Shown here one piece after another: positions 1 through 11,902 of a stretch of 64,000 nucleotides of DNA (positions within the stretch are counted from its first letter, which is position 1; each line of letters starts with the position of its first letter). The DNA is from Laspinema sp. D2d (GTDB lineage: Bacteria; Cyanobacteriota; Cyanobacteriia; Cyanobacteriales; Laspinemataceae): positions 81,505 to 145,504 of the forward strand of contig NZ_JAMXFC010000004.1 of assembly GCF_025370755.1 (NCBI RefSeq), written 5' to 3'. The notes beneath the pieces were generated by a model. It ran no database searches, was not told the DNA's origin, and was given only the letters and a program-made list of their open reading frames with translations. The position numbers were made by a program, and so were the translations under genes.

Positions 1-2049
1 TCCATCAAAGGGCCGAATTTGTCCCCGGGTATCCGTGGCGGGTGCGATCGCATTATTGCCCGCATCAAGGGCCGGACTTCCGGGAAGTAACGGATGGATT
101 AGGAATCCATCAATTTCTTGTAACGGTCCCAATAGGGGGTCGGCGATCAGAACATCGGCGGTAATATTAACATCTTGAGGGTCGTTCAGATTTTTGCTGG
201 GAAATTGAATATTATTCCCCCCATCAACTAGCTCTTTTCTCGTTTGCTGAAAACGACTTAGTTCATTTCCGGCTGTATTATTACTAACAATTGTATTTGA
301 TAGTGTAATTGGAGGGGAAATAAGACTGGTAAAAATTGCTCCTGCTACATCACTTGCATGATTCTTGACAAGAGTTGTGTTGACAATGCTGGTTGGAGAA
401 AAAGTTGTGATCCCACCACCTACACCCCCAGTTCCATCAGCAGTTTCTGCTTTGTTTCCCGAAAAGGTACTATTAATGATAGTAGTGGGGGAGTTATTGT
501 CAATCCATAAACCACCTCCTTGACCCTGAGATACATTATTAGCAAAAGTAGTATTGCGAACTGTGAAATCTCCATTGCCTAACCGCAAACCTCCCCCCAG
601 TGCTTGATTTAGATAATTAGAACTGATGATATTATTGAGGAAAATACTATCTTCAACAATACCTTTATCTCCATTTTCCCCATAAATAAAGAAAAAAACT
701 GCGCCTCCTTTTCCGACCCCTGTATTTCCTTCAAACCGACTACTACGAATTACGCTCGTTCCTGAAGTTCCGCCAGAACTTGCAGAAACTCCATCAGTAA
801 AAATGGCTCCCCCAAAACCTCTAAGGTCTTGATTTAGTAATGCTCCTGCTGTTGTGTCGTTATTAATAAATGTAGAATTTTCTACAGTTAAAAGAGTAGA
901 AGGGGTATTGATTGCTCCTCCATTAATTCCTTTGTTATTCCTAAATTGACTATCCCTAACCGTAAGAATGCTATTTCCAAAGGTAGAAATAGCCCCGCCA
1001 CCCCGTTCACTTTGACCTATAGTTGCATCATTTCCATCAAAAATACTGGCAATTACAGTTATATTACTGCTATTACCTGTCGCAATTGCTCCTCCTCCAT
1101 CTCCAGCAGTTATATTGTTTATAAAATTAACATTTTCAATGGTCAAATTAACCATTGACCGAGTATGAATTGCTCCCCCGGAACCAGTTATTCCAGTTTC
1201 AAATGTTTGTCCATTAATCAAGGTTAAATTAGCCAGTTTAACTGTTTGAGAATTGCTAACGAAGAAAACTCGACTAGCATTATTGCCACTAATTGTAATC
1301 CCCGGAGCATTTGCACCATCAATGGTCAGGTTTTTATTGAGTTCTAACTGTCCGCTAGTTAGGGTAATAGTTTGATTAGCTAGGGTTGGATCAAATAGGA
1401 TGGTATCTCCCGCTTGGGCGGAGGCGATTACATTTCTTAAAGACCCCGCCCCACTATCATTGGCATTGGTCACGGTGAGAATTGCCAAGACTCCCGAATA
1501 TGCCATCATCGCCTCGGGTTTCAATGCCAAGGGTGCCGTTATTTCTCCGGTTCTAAAGGCTAAATCCCAGTTGCCTCCCCGTTTAGAATTGCCGGTAATC
1601 TCCACCGATGCAGCAATCTTAATTCCGGTTAATTCACTCAAATTCCTGACAAATTCTGCCCCGATTCCGGCGGCAACTTGACATCCATAGAGGAACAGAT
1701 TACCTTGGGGAATCACGGCCCTACGCCAAGACTGCAAACTCCCTTGATATTTCCCTAAATTATCAGGAGATAACCTCACCGTCCCTAGGCGCAAACAACC
1801 GGGACTACCGTGGGAAATAATATGCAGAGATTCTACAGATTGACCCTGCCTCATCAGGCTTTCTAACACCTCAGTAATCTGCTGGATGCCATCGGCAAAC
1901 TCATCTAACAGAATCGCCTGGAAGTTCTCCCAAACTCCGGGGATTAAACTCTGATAGTTTTCTACCTGAGAATCAATAAAAACTAAGGATTTTGGCCCAG
2001 AAAATCCGCCCTTGTCTTGAGTTTTAATGAAATCAATATTACTGGTCAT
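1..2049 (-). CDS. Partial (N-terminal 683 codons) paralog of the downstream DUF4347 / parallel beta-helix / RTX protein. The C-terminus lies off the left window edge.
   Basis: ATG at 2049-2047 on the minus strand. Translation starts MTSNIDFIKTQDKGG, matching the paralog start MTINFDSIQIQDKGG. The reading frame runs exactly to position 1. Upstream sequence 2050-2100 copies 5760-5810. Bases 1-180 are near-identical to 3693-3872. Confidence 0.75.
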   Translation of the reverse strand, partial: MTSNIDFIKTQDKGGFSGPKSLVFIDSQVENYQSLIPGVWENFQAILLDEFADGIQQITEVLESLMRQGQSVESLHIISHGSPGCLRLGTVRLSPDNLGKYQGSLQSWRRAVIPQGNLFLYGCQVAAGIGAEFVRNLSELTGIKIAASVEITGNSKRGGNWDLAFRTGEITAPLALKPEAMMAYSGVLAILTVTNANDSGAGSLRNVIASAQAGDTILFDPTLANQTITLTSGQLELNKNLTIDGANAPGITISGNNASRVFFVSNSQTVKLANLTLINGQTFETGITGSGGAIHTRSMVNLTIENVNFINNITAGDGGGAIATGNSSNITVIASIFDGNDATIGQSERGGGAISTFGNSILTVRDSQFRNNKGINGGAINTPSTLLTVENSTFINNDTTAGALLNQDLRGFGGAIFTDGVSASSGGTSGTSVIRSSRFEGNTGVGKGGAVFFFIYGENGDKGIVEDSIFLNNIISSNYLNQALGGGLRLGNGDFTVRNTTFANNVSQGQGGGLWIDNNSPTTIINSTFSGNKAETADGTGGVGGGITTFSPTSIVNTTLVKNHASDVAGAIFTSLISPPITLSNTIVSNNTAGNELSRFQQTRKELVDGGNNIQFPSKNLNDPQDVNITADVLIADPLLGPLQEIDGFLIHPLLPGSPALDAGNNAIAPATDTRGQIRPFDG

Positions 2050-2240
2050 CTGGACTACTCCAAAATATATTTTTTTGAGTAGATACCAGCCCTGATTGAC
2101 AAAAGAGGTGTCCGGGATGCAAGGGGCCGGATTCAACCTAATTTTAGCAGTCTATCGGTTGAGGTGAGCAGCCGGGGTATTGCTGTCTAGTAGGAGAAAT
2201 ATCAGACTGCTTAACGCGGAAAAATTACCCCAAATTTCCC

Positions 2241-5200
2241 CTAAATTATCACCATATCCGCCGGAGTAATTATTGACGATTCGACATTATTTAAACTCAC
2301 CAGAAGTTCACTCCCTACCCTAATATGAGTTACCCCGGTTCCCTGAGTAATACTTAATTGCTCAAAAGTTAATCCCTCTGCTAATCCAATCCGGTCAATT
2401 CCTACTTCAAAATCCACCACTAAATTCACCCCATCCCCTTCTCGGAAGACAAAGATATCCGCTCCTCCCCCACCAATTAAAGTATCATTCCCTAAATCTC
2501 CCCAGAGGACATCATTGCCATTTCCTCCGTTGAGAATATCGTTTTCTTTCCCTCCATGCAAAGTCTCATTACCCTCCCCACCAAATAGGGTATCATCTCC
2601 GATATTTCCATTTAGGAAATCATTGCCATTGCCTCCACAGAGAACATCATTATCATTATCTCCAAATAAGAAATCATCCCCTTCCTGTCCATAGAGGAAA
2701 TCATTTTCTTTTCCCCCATGCAGGGTATCATTACCATCCCACCCAAACAGACTATCCTCCCCGCGATTACCATTTAAGAAATCTTCTTCATTACCACCCC
2801 ATAACCAATCATTGTCATTATCTCCAAATAGCGTATCATTCCCATCAAATCCAAGTAAGGTATCATTTTCCTTACCGCCATACACTAAATCATTACCAAA
2901 ACTGGCATCGATATAATCATTGCCAGTATTGCCGTGGAGAGTATCATTTCCAGTCCCACTTATCAGATTATCATTCCCGCCAAATCCTAGAAAAAAATCA
3001 TCACTTGCTGTCCCATAAAGAACTTCTCCAGTATCCGTTCCAAAAAAGGGATTCACACCACCAGAATAGAGCGTATCGGCAACCAAATTGGGTCCAGGAA
3101 AGACCATAAATCCCTGACAAGCACCGGATTCAGGAAGACTAAAATCTCGGTTAGAAGAATCAACGGGAGGAGAATCAACGGGAGGAGAATCAACCGTCTG
3201 AGGGTCACTCGAAGGAAGAGATTCCGGTAAAATTGGTCCTATAGGTATTGGCAGTTGACCCGGGGTTCCATCAATGGGTTCTGCCGGTGGGGAAGTGATT
3301 GTGGCAGTAATGGGAAAGTTAAAGGGATTTTGAGTGTTGTTATTGGCGATAAATTGCAACTCTCCCAAGGGAGTTCCGGCATCACTGGCATCGAGTTGGA
3401 CTTGAAAGGTTGCTTCTCCATTAGCGGCAATTGTGCCAGGAAAAGGACCGACTAAACTAAAGGCAGTGGGGAGTTGTAAATCTGATAAAGTAACTTCGCT
3501 ACTGTTGGGATTTCTGAGGGTAAAGGTAGTGGTAAGTGCGTCTCCCACTTCTGTTGTTCCGAGGTTAACTGCGGTGGTTGTATCATCCGCGATCGCCGTC
3601 GTTCCTAGTAATACTTCAATCGGCAAGTTTGATACAATCGGAACGGTAAATTCATAAGCCCCAATATCGGCGATCGCCGTCCCATTCCCATCTCCATCAA
3701 AGGGGCGAATTTGTCCCCGGGTATCCGTGGCGGGTGCGATCGCATTATTGCCCGCATCAAGGGCCGGACTTCCGGGAAGTAACGGATGGATTAGGAATCC
3801 ATCAATTTCTTGTAACGGTCCCAATAGGGGATCAGCGATCAGAACATCGGCGGTAATATTAACATCTTGAGAGGCGTTTAAGTTTTTGTTAGGGAATTGA
3901 ATGTTATTCCCTCCATCGTTAAATTGAACTCCCGTTTGTTGTTTAACATTAAACCCATTTATCCCTACATTATTCGCAACAATCGTATTAGTTAAGGTTG
4001 TATTGGTTCCACCTCCCCAAAAACCCCCTCCTTGGAATCCAGCAACGTTATTAGCGATGGTGGAATTTAAAACATTGACCGTATATCCATCGCGAATATT
4101 AATAGCAATGCCACCTCCTAACCCCTGAGTCGTATTTGCTAATTCGGCGCGGTTTTCAGAAAAGGTGGTATTCGCCAGGTCAAGATTAGTGCGTTCTCCA
4201 ACCCATAAACCCCCTCCTTGACTTTCTGCTAAGTTCCTAGCAAAGGTAGTATTACTAATTCTTACCTCCCCATTTCCCAGCCGTAAACCACCCCCTAAAG
4301 CATCTCCCTGGGAACTGGTAATCACCTGATTGTTAAGGATTTGACTGTCTTCAATGACCACGTGATCGCCATCATAAACATAGAGAAAGAGTCCTCCCCC
4401 TTGTCCCGCCCCTCGATTCCCTTCAAATCGACTACTGCGGATAATAACCTCTCCAGATGTATCAGCATTAGTTGTTTCTGAAGCGCCATCGGTATAAATT
4501 GCCCCCCCATATCCCATCGTATTTTGATTTAAAATACCCCCGGGAGTTGAATCATTATTGATAAAGACAGAATCTTCTACCGTTAAGCCACTTAATAAGC
4601 TATTAATCGCCCCGCCGTTAATCCCTTTATTGTTGGTGAAGGTACTGCCAATGACTGATGTATTGCTCACGCTTTTGATGGCAATTGCACCTCCCCCTCG
4701 TTCAGCGTTGGTTTGGGTAGCATCATTACCCTCAAAAGTAGAATTTAGAATAGTATTATTGCTTCTAAAACCGGCAAAAAGTGCCCCGCCTCCTTCTCCC
4801 GTAGCTACGTTATTTCTAAAGGTACTATTTTCAACGGTTAGAGTGGTGCGACTGGCGGTATGAATGCCTCCACCTGCACCTAATTCTCCAATCCCTGTAG
4901 CTTTTCCATCAGCGATGACCAGATTTTTCAGGTTAACGGTACTTGGGACAAAATTAGTATTTTCTTTAACGAATAAAACGCGACTGGCATTATTGCCACT
5001 AATCGTAATTCCAGGGGCATTTGCACCATCAAGGGTTAGATTTTTGTTCAGTTCTAATTGACCGCTAGTTAGGGTAATGGTTTGATTGGCAAGACTAGAG
5101 TCAAACTGAATGGTATCTCCCGCTTGGGCGGAGGCGATCGCATTTCTTAACGACCCTGTACCACTATCATTAGTATTCGTTACGGTTAGAATCGCTAAGA

Positions 5201-5774
5201 CTCCCTTATAGTCCATCATTGCCTCGGCTTTGAATGCCAAGGGGGCGGTTATTTCTCCGGTTCTAAAGGTTAAATCCCAGTTGCCTCCACGTTTTGAATT
5301 GCCGGTAATATCAACCGATGCAGCAATATTAACCCCCAGCAGGTGACTCAGGGTTTTTACAAATTCTGTACCGATTCCGGCTGCTACTTGGCATCCATAG
5401 AGGAACAGATTTCCTTGAGGAATCAATGCTTGGGACCAGGATGGAAAAACCGAGTGATACTGGGCTAAATTATCCCCGGATAAGATGACATTACCCAGTT
5501 GTAAAGAACCGGGACTGCCGTGGGAAATAATATGGATCGAGTCTACGGTTTCTCCCTGAACCGTGAGGTTTTGTAAAACCTTTGTAATCTGCTGGACTCC
5601 ATCGGCTAATTCATTTAATACGATCGCCTGGAAGTTATCCCAAACTCCCAGGAGTAAACTGGGATAATTTTCTACCTGAGAATCAATGAAAACTAGAGTT
5701 TTTGACAAAGCCATTCCGCCCTTGTCTTGGATTTGAATGGAATCAAAGTTAATCGTCATCTGGACTACTCCCAA
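2241..5774 (-). CDS. Large secreted protein with an N-terminal DUF4347-like domain, about 18 right-handed parallel beta-helix repeats, a beta-sandwich region, a (PPVDS)n linker and C-terminal RTX calcium-binding nonapeptide repeats. Probably a type I secretion substrate.
   Basis: The N-terminus matches the DUF4347 signature (HIISHGSPGSLQLG...LYGCQVAAG). Repeated NN-x-A-x-GGG beta-helix turns are present. The C-terminal repeats are GGNGNDTLHGG / GGKENDTL, followed by a hydrophobic C-terminal tail. The ORF track starts at TTG 5774, but ATG at 5759 with GGAG upstream is the more likely start. Confidence 0.8.
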   Translation of the reverse strand: MGVVQMTINFDSIQIQDKGGMALSKTLVFIDSQVENYPSLLLGVWDNFQAIVLNELADGVQQITKVLQNLTVQGETVDSIHIISHGSPGSLQLGNVILSGDNLAQYHSVFPSWSQALIPQGNLFLYGCQVAAGIGTEFVKTLSHLLGVNIAASVDITGNSKRGGNWDLTFRTGEITAPLAFKAEAMMDYKGVLAILTVTNTNDSGTGSLRNAIASAQAGDTIQFDSSLANQTITLTSGQLELNKNLTLDGANAPGITISGNNASRVLFVKENTNFVPSTVNLKNLVIADGKATGIGELGAGGGIHTASRTTLTVENSTFRNNVATGEGGGALFAGFRSNNTILNSTFEGNDATQTNAERGGGAIAIKSVSNTSVIGSTFTNNKGINGGAINSLLSGLTVEDSVFINNDSTPGGILNQNTMGYGGAIYTDGASETTNADTSGEVIIRSSRFEGNRGAGQGGGLFLYVYDGDHVVIEDSQILNNQVITSSQGDALGGGLRLGNGEVRISNTTFARNLAESQGGGLWVGERTNLDLANTTFSENRAELANTTQGLGGGIAINIRDGYTVNVLNSTIANNVAGFQGGGFWGGGTNTTLTNTIVANNVGINGFNVKQQTGVQFNDGGNNIQFPNKNLNASQDVNITADVLIADPLLGPLQEIDGFLIHPLLPGSPALDAGNNAIAPATDTRGQIRPFDGDGNGTAIADIGAYEFTVPIVSNLPIEVLLGTTAIADDTTTAVNLGTTEVGDALTTTFTLRNPNSSEVTLSDLQLPTAFSLVGPFPGTIAANGEATFQVQLDASDAGTPLGELQFIANNNTQNPFNFPITATITSPPAEPIDGTPGQLPIPIGPILPESLPSSDPQTVDSPPVDSPPVDSSNRDFSLPESGACQGFMVFPGPNLVADTLYSGGVNPFFGTDTGEVLYGTASDDFFLGFGGNDNLISGTGNDTLHGNTGNDYIDASFGNDLVYGGKENDTLLGFDGNDTLFGDNDNDWLWGGNEEDFLNGNRGEDSLFGWDGNDTLHGGKENDFLYGQEGDDFLFGDNDNDVLCGGNGNDFLNGNIGDDTLFGGEGNETLHGGKENDILNGGNGNDVLWGDLGNDTLIGGGGADIFVFREGDGVNLVVDFEVGIDRIGLAEGLTFEQLSITQGTGVTHIRVGSELLVSLNNVESSIITPADMVII
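3155..3193. repeat. 15-bp tandem repeat (gaatcaacgggagga, about 2.6 copies) encoding the (PPVDS)n linker inside the RTX protein gene.
   Basis: Direct reading of 3151-3195. The translated product PPVDSPPVDSPPVDS appears in the ORF. Confidence 0.85.
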
Positions 5775-6647
5775 CCTTACTTTTTTGAGTAGATACCAGC
5801 CCTGATTGAAAAAAGCGATCGCCCTAAAAAATAACCGTCTGATTTTCTGAACGCTTTTTCTTTAATATTTCTTCACGACTCTTAAGATAAAACCGGATTC
5901 TCTACGGAAAGCTTAAGAAATAACACCGTTTTTTTGAACCTTGTCAAATTGAGATGGCTCTTTATACTGGGTTTTAAGTTTTTTAACAAACAGCAGCAGA
6001 ATATCAGCCCTATCAAAATTTTGATGAGCGGCTGCAAAAATGAGTTAAAATACATTAAAAACGGCAAATTATTTTTCTCTATTGTCCGTTAAAACTGAAC
6101 TGTAAAAAATAAAATATTTAAATTTATAAAAAATTCCCTTAGATTGCGATAACCCTGAGTAACCTTAAACCTTGAGAGTTTCCAACGGGTCATTTTCCTT
6201 CCGTTAAAAAATAACCCTGAATAGAACAAAGGAGGAGTTGGACTCCTCCTTCAACCCGAGCAAGGTTGAGGAACCCAACCCGACTTCTAGCAAAATTTAG
6301 GGATGCTTCTCTTCCGCTAAACGGAAGTGCGATCGCCCGAAAGGAAACGCTGCCGTAATCACTCCAATCTGCTTGACTTCCAGCCTAAATTAAAAGTTCC
6401 CCTTCAGGGGGTTGGAGGGCTTCAAAAAACACAGAAAAACCCCACCTAAATTCCCTCTTGCTCTCCCCTATTCCCCTCTCCCTGTCGCCAGATTGTCCCA
6501 ATCGGCCCTCCCTATTAAATGGGCTGGAAAAACTGGACCCCAAATTAGTAGAGGGGCCTTTCTCCTCGGGCGCAGTAGCGCCCACCCTTAACCCCAGTCT
6601 CAACCATCACCCCTCATGCCTCACCCTGCTTGTACGGTTTATACGAA

Positions 6648-6674
6648 TTAGCACTCTGCACCATAGAGTGCTAA
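6648..6674 (+). promoter_or_regulatory. CIRCE operator (HrcA-binding inverted repeat) upstream of groEL.
   Basis: Perfect TTAGCACTC-N9-GAGTGCTAA located 36 bp upstream of the groEL ATG. Confidence 0.9.
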
Positions 6675-6697
6675 ATTTTCTATTTGGAGCAGATTGA

Positions 6698-8389
<1,692 letters not shown>

Positions 8390-8495
8390 TCCCTCGGTTG
8401 CTGAGGCTGTCATCACGGGGTAGGGGAGGCGTTGCTGACTCTACTCCGGTCTGAGAACTTAACGATAGATTTCACAGAGTTCCACAAAAAGAAGG

Positions 8496-8536
8496 AAGAG
8501 TTAGAGGGGTGTTTCACTCGTTTAACTCTTTTTTTT
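8496..8536 (+). terminator. Putative intrinsic terminator after groEL, shared with the convergent downstream gene.
   Basis: 8-bp stem aagagtta/taactctt with a long loop, followed by T8. Confidence 0.4.
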
Positions 8537-8921
8537 ATCGTAAGATGGGGCTGCCGTGATGGTGGATCAGATACCATTTTCCCCCCATGTTTTCAAAAAG
8601 ATTAGTGGCGTTGGAGAGGGATTGGTTTTTTCGTCCGCTGCTGGTTTGGGTAACTTTTTCGATGAGGACGATGTAGGCGAAGTTTCCCTGGGAATCGCTG
8701 GCGGTAATTTGGAGTTCGATTTCTAGGGTGGTGGTGACTTTAAAGATTTGTTGCCAGGAGGGGCGGATTTCTTCCCATCCTTTGAGGAGTTTGCGTCCGG
8801 GATGGATACAGAGGGTGTTGATGCCTTTGGACCAGATTTCGCTCATGGCTTCCATGTCTTTAGTCTGAAAGGCGCGATAAAAGGCGAGGTTGGCTTCGAG
8901 GACGGCAGGTTCGGCAGACAT
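8535..8921 (-). CDS. NTF2-like / SnoaL-like (DUF4440-type) small protein.
   Basis: 128 aa. The LEANLAFYRAFQTKDMEAMSEIWSK pattern is typical of the nuclear transport factor 2 family fold. Confidence 0.55.
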   Translation of the reverse strand: MSAEPAVLEANLAFYRAFQTKDMEAMSEIWSKGINTLCIHPGRKLLKGWEEIRPSWQQIFKVTTTLEIELQITASDSQGNFAYIVLIEKVTQTSSGRKNQSLSNATNLFENMGGKWYLIHHHGSPILR

Positions 8922-8979
8922 GGTTTGGCGAAGGAAGGTTGATTTTGATTTATTGTAGGGGAAGCAATGCTGTGATGAG

Positions 8980-10011
8980 TTGAGTTTAATGCCGCTACCT
9001 GAATCAAGCCGACTGCAATTGACTGAGGATTTGAATATTTGCCGCGTTTTAAATGGGATGTGGCAGGTGTCCGGTGCTCATGGACCGATTCATCCTCAAC
9101 GGGCGATCGCCGCGATGTTTGACTATGTGAATGCGGGATTCACGACTTGGGACCTGGCGGATCATTATGGTCCAGCGGAGGATTTTATCGGGGAATTTCG
9201 CCGCCAGTTGGCTGAAAAACGCGGGGAAGCGGCCCTGGCAACTGTTCAAGCCTTTACCAAGTGGGTGCCCAGACCGGGTAAAATGACTCGGCAACTGGTG
9301 GAAAAGAATATCGATATTTCCCGCCAGCGCATGGGGGTGGATGCGTTAGATTTAATGCAGTTCCACTGGTGGGATTATCAAGATAAAAATTATCTGGATG
9401 CCTTGAAGTATATGGCGGAACTTCAGGCGGAGGGGAAAATTAAGCATTTAGCCTTGACGAATTTTGATACGGAACATCTGGCGATTATTGTCGAGAATGG
9501 GATTAAAATTGTCTCAAATCAGGTGCAATTTTCGATTTTAGACCGCCGTCCGGAACAGAAAATGGTGCCGTTTTGTTTAGAGCATGATATTAAATTATTT
9601 GCCTATGGAAGTTTAGGAGGGGGATTGCTGTCTGAACGGTATTTAGGACAGCCGGAACCGAATTCGGGTGGTTTAGAGACTGTTTCCTTAAAAAAGTATA
9701 AAAATATGCAGTCGGGTTGGGGAAATTGGAGTTTATTTCAGGAGTTGTTACAAACTCTTGAGAAAATTGCGAGTCAATATCAAGTGACGATCGCCAATGT
9801 TGCGGTGCGATATGTGCTGGAAAATCCAGCGGTTGCCGGTGCAATTGTGGGAACAAGATTAGGCTTGGCTGAACATATTCAAGCTAATTCTAAAGTGTTT
9901 GAGTTTACCTTGACTCCGGAGGATGTTCAAAAAATTGATGCGGTTTGCGATCGCGCCCGGAATTTGTTGGCATTAATCGGCGACTGTGGAGATGAATATC
10001 GCCGCCGTTAA
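8980..10011 (+). CDS. Aldo/keto reductase family oxidoreductase.
   Basis: 343 aa. Contains FTTWDLADHYGPAEDFIGEF, HLALTNFD and IVGTRLGLAEHIQAN, the AKR TIM-barrel pattern. Confidence 0.8.
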   Translation: MSLMPLPESSRLQLTEDLNICRVLNGMWQVSGAHGPIHPQRAIAAMFDYVNAGFTTWDLADHYGPAEDFIGEFRRQLAEKRGEAALATVQAFTKWVPRPGKMTRQLVEKNIDISRQRMGVDALDLMQFHWWDYQDKNYLDALKYMAELQAEGKIKHLALTNFDTEHLAIIVENGIKIVSNQVQFSILDRRPEQKMVPFCLEHDIKLFAYGSLGGGLLSERYLGQPEPNSGGLETVSLKKYKNMQSGWGNWSLFQELLQTLEKIASQYQVTIANVAVRYVLENPAVAGAIVGTRLGLAEHIQANSKVFEFTLTPEDVQKIDAVCDRARNLLALIGDCGDEYRRR

Positions 10012-10235
10012 CCCCGGGGGCAAATTTTAGGGGGACACAGAAAGCGATTCCCTGGAAAATGGGCGATCGCACTCCTGATTCAGAAATCCTCAACCCCTAA
10101 ACTATAGCCTCTTCCAGGGTCTTGTCCCCCTCTAAAATGGCGGATTACCCTCCCCACCCCGGGTTAAAAATCCTCAGTCTCGGTCCGCGCAAATAGGTTA
10201 GAATACAAAAACGAATCTGATAATTTCTCTTAAAC

Positions 10236-11360
10236 ATGACAGGAACTAAGGTAACGTTTGCCAAAAATAAGGGGTTCTGGAAAGAACTCAACCGCCGCGT
10301 TGAAGCCTATTTTCAGGCGGAAAACATCCCCAAACGCGATTGTCCACAAATGTATCTAAAAACCCTAACTCTCGTTTTGTGGATGGTTGGGGCTTACAGT
10401 TTTACGCTGTTTGGTCCGGCTGGAATTGGCTTTAAAATTCTGGGCTGTATGGTTTTAGCCGCAGGAGTGGCGGGTTTTGCGTTTTGTGTGGGTCATGATG
10501 CTAATCACGGCGGTTATTCTAATCATAAATGGTTGAATAAAAGTCTGGGATTAACCTACGATGCGATCGGCTTATCGAGTTATTTATGGAGGTTCCGCCA
10601 CAACTATCTCCATCATACCTATACCAATATTCTGAACCACGATGTGGAAATTCATGGGGATGGATTAGTCAGAATGTCCCCAGATATGCCTCACAAATGG
10701 TATCATAAATTCCAACATTTGTTTATTTGGTTTATTTATCCCCTCATTCCGGTCTATTGGTCGTTTTGCGATGTTCAAATTATTTTGTTCAAGCGCAAAT
10801 ATCATGACCATGTGGTTCCGACCCCTTCCCCGATGACTCTGGCAACCTTGTTAGGGGGTAAGTTGGTTTGGTTGGGTCTTTTTATCGGTATTCCCCTGGC
10901 AGTTGGATATAGTCCCTTAACGGTCATCCTGGGGTTTCTTCTGACTTATTTTACCTACGGAGCGATAATCTGTGAGGTATTTATGATGGCTCATGTTATG
11001 GATACGGCTGAATTTATTACGCCGGATCCAGAACAAAATCATGTGGATGATGAATGGGCAATTTGTCAGGTTCGCACAACGGTTGATTTTGCACCGAATA
11101 ATCCTTTTTGCACTTGGTATATGGGAGGATTAAATTTTCAAGTGGTTCATCATTTATATCCCCATATTTGTCACATTCATTATCCTGAAATTTCCAAGAT
11201 TTTGATGGGAGTTTGTGAAGAATTTGGCGTGCACTATCAAATTCATGAAACTTTAACTGGGGCAATGATTGCTAATTACAATTGGCTCAAAGAAATGAGC
11301 GTTCCGTCACAACCCCTGGCAACTCCTGCCCGTGAATTAGCCAGTAATTTGGCAAAATAA
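10236..11360 (+). CDS. desD: Membrane acyl-lipid delta-6 (front-end type) fatty acid desaturase, DesD-like.
   Basis: Three His boxes (HDANHGG, HNYLHH, HQVVHHLYPHICHIHYP) and several TM segments. Strong overall resemblance to the Spirulina/Synechocystis delta-6 desaturases as I recall them. Confidence 0.75.
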   Translation: MTGTKVTFAKNKGFWKELNRRVEAYFQAENIPKRDCPQMYLKTLTLVLWMVGAYSFTLFGPAGIGFKILGCMVLAAGVAGFAFCVGHDANHGGYSNHKWLNKSLGLTYDAIGLSSYLWRFRHNYLHHTYTNILNHDVEIHGDGLVRMSPDMPHKWYHKFQHLFIWFIYPLIPVYWSFCDVQIILFKRKYHDHVVPTPSPMTLATLLGGKLVWLGLFIGIPLAVGYSPLTVILGFLLTYFTYGAIICEVFMMAHVMDTAEFITPDPEQNHVDDEWAICQVRTTVDFAPNNPFCTWYMGGLNFQVVHHLYPHICHIHYPEISKILMGVCEEFGVHYQIHETLTGAMIANYNWLKEMSVPSQPLATPARELASNLAK

Positions 11361-11426
11361 ATTCAGCTTTTCTCACTCAACCCGACTCTCGCCTGATTTT
11401 GATGAGATAAAGGGAGAAAATCAAAG

Positions 11427-11460
11427 AGGTGGGCATTGCCCACCTGACTATTTCTCTCTC
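11427..11460 (+). terminator. Putative terminator after desD.
   Basis: Hairpin aggtgggca-ttg-cccacct followed by a T-rich tract. Confidence 0.4.
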
Positions 11461-11554
11461 CTGAATTAGGAAAAATTTATCAATTGCCCCGACTCCGAAT
11501 CGGGCGAGGGAATTCAGAAACGGATTTAACCCAAAACTAAGAGGAAAACCCAAG

Positions 11555-11896
11555 ATGAAACAGCGACTAATCACGGGGATGATTCTGTTAATCATGATAA
11601 CAATTAGCCTCATGGGAATACAACCCGCGATCGCAGGCAATTCGGGGGATGGGGCACAACTGTTTACGGTTCATTGTGCCGGGTGTCATGCCAATGGCGG
11701 TAATATTATTCGCCGAGGAAAAACGCTGCAACTGAAAGCGTTAGCTAAAAATCATCGGGATACCCAAGAGGCGATCGCCCAGTTGATTACCCAGGGGAAA
11801 AACCCGATGCCTGCCTACAATGATCGCTTGACTGTTCCAGAAATTGAAGCGGTTGCCGCTTACGTTTTGGAACAGGCAGAACTCGGCTGGAAATAA
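11555..11896 (+). CDS. petJ: Cytochrome c6-family soluble c-type cytochrome (PetJ-like, c6B/c6C type) with a signal peptide.
   Basis: 113 aa with a signal peptide, heme motif CAGCH, and a PMPAY...EIEAVAAYVLEQAELGW C-terminal pattern typical of cytochrome c6. AGAGGAAA ribosome-binding site upstream. Confidence 0.75.
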   Translation: MKQRLITGMILLIMITISLMGIQPAIAGNSGDGAQLFTVHCAGCHANGGNIIRRGKTLQLKALAKNHRDTQEAIAQLITQGKNPMPAYNDRLTVPEIEAVAAYVLEQAELGWK

Positions 11897-11902
11897 CGAG
11901 TC

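Noticed and set aside
946-1681. Plus-strand ORFs 946..1158 and 1400..1681.
   Set aside because: They lie antisense inside the partial DUF4347/beta-helix paralog, which has conserved paralogous coding sequence on the minus strand. Their composition is low-complexity.
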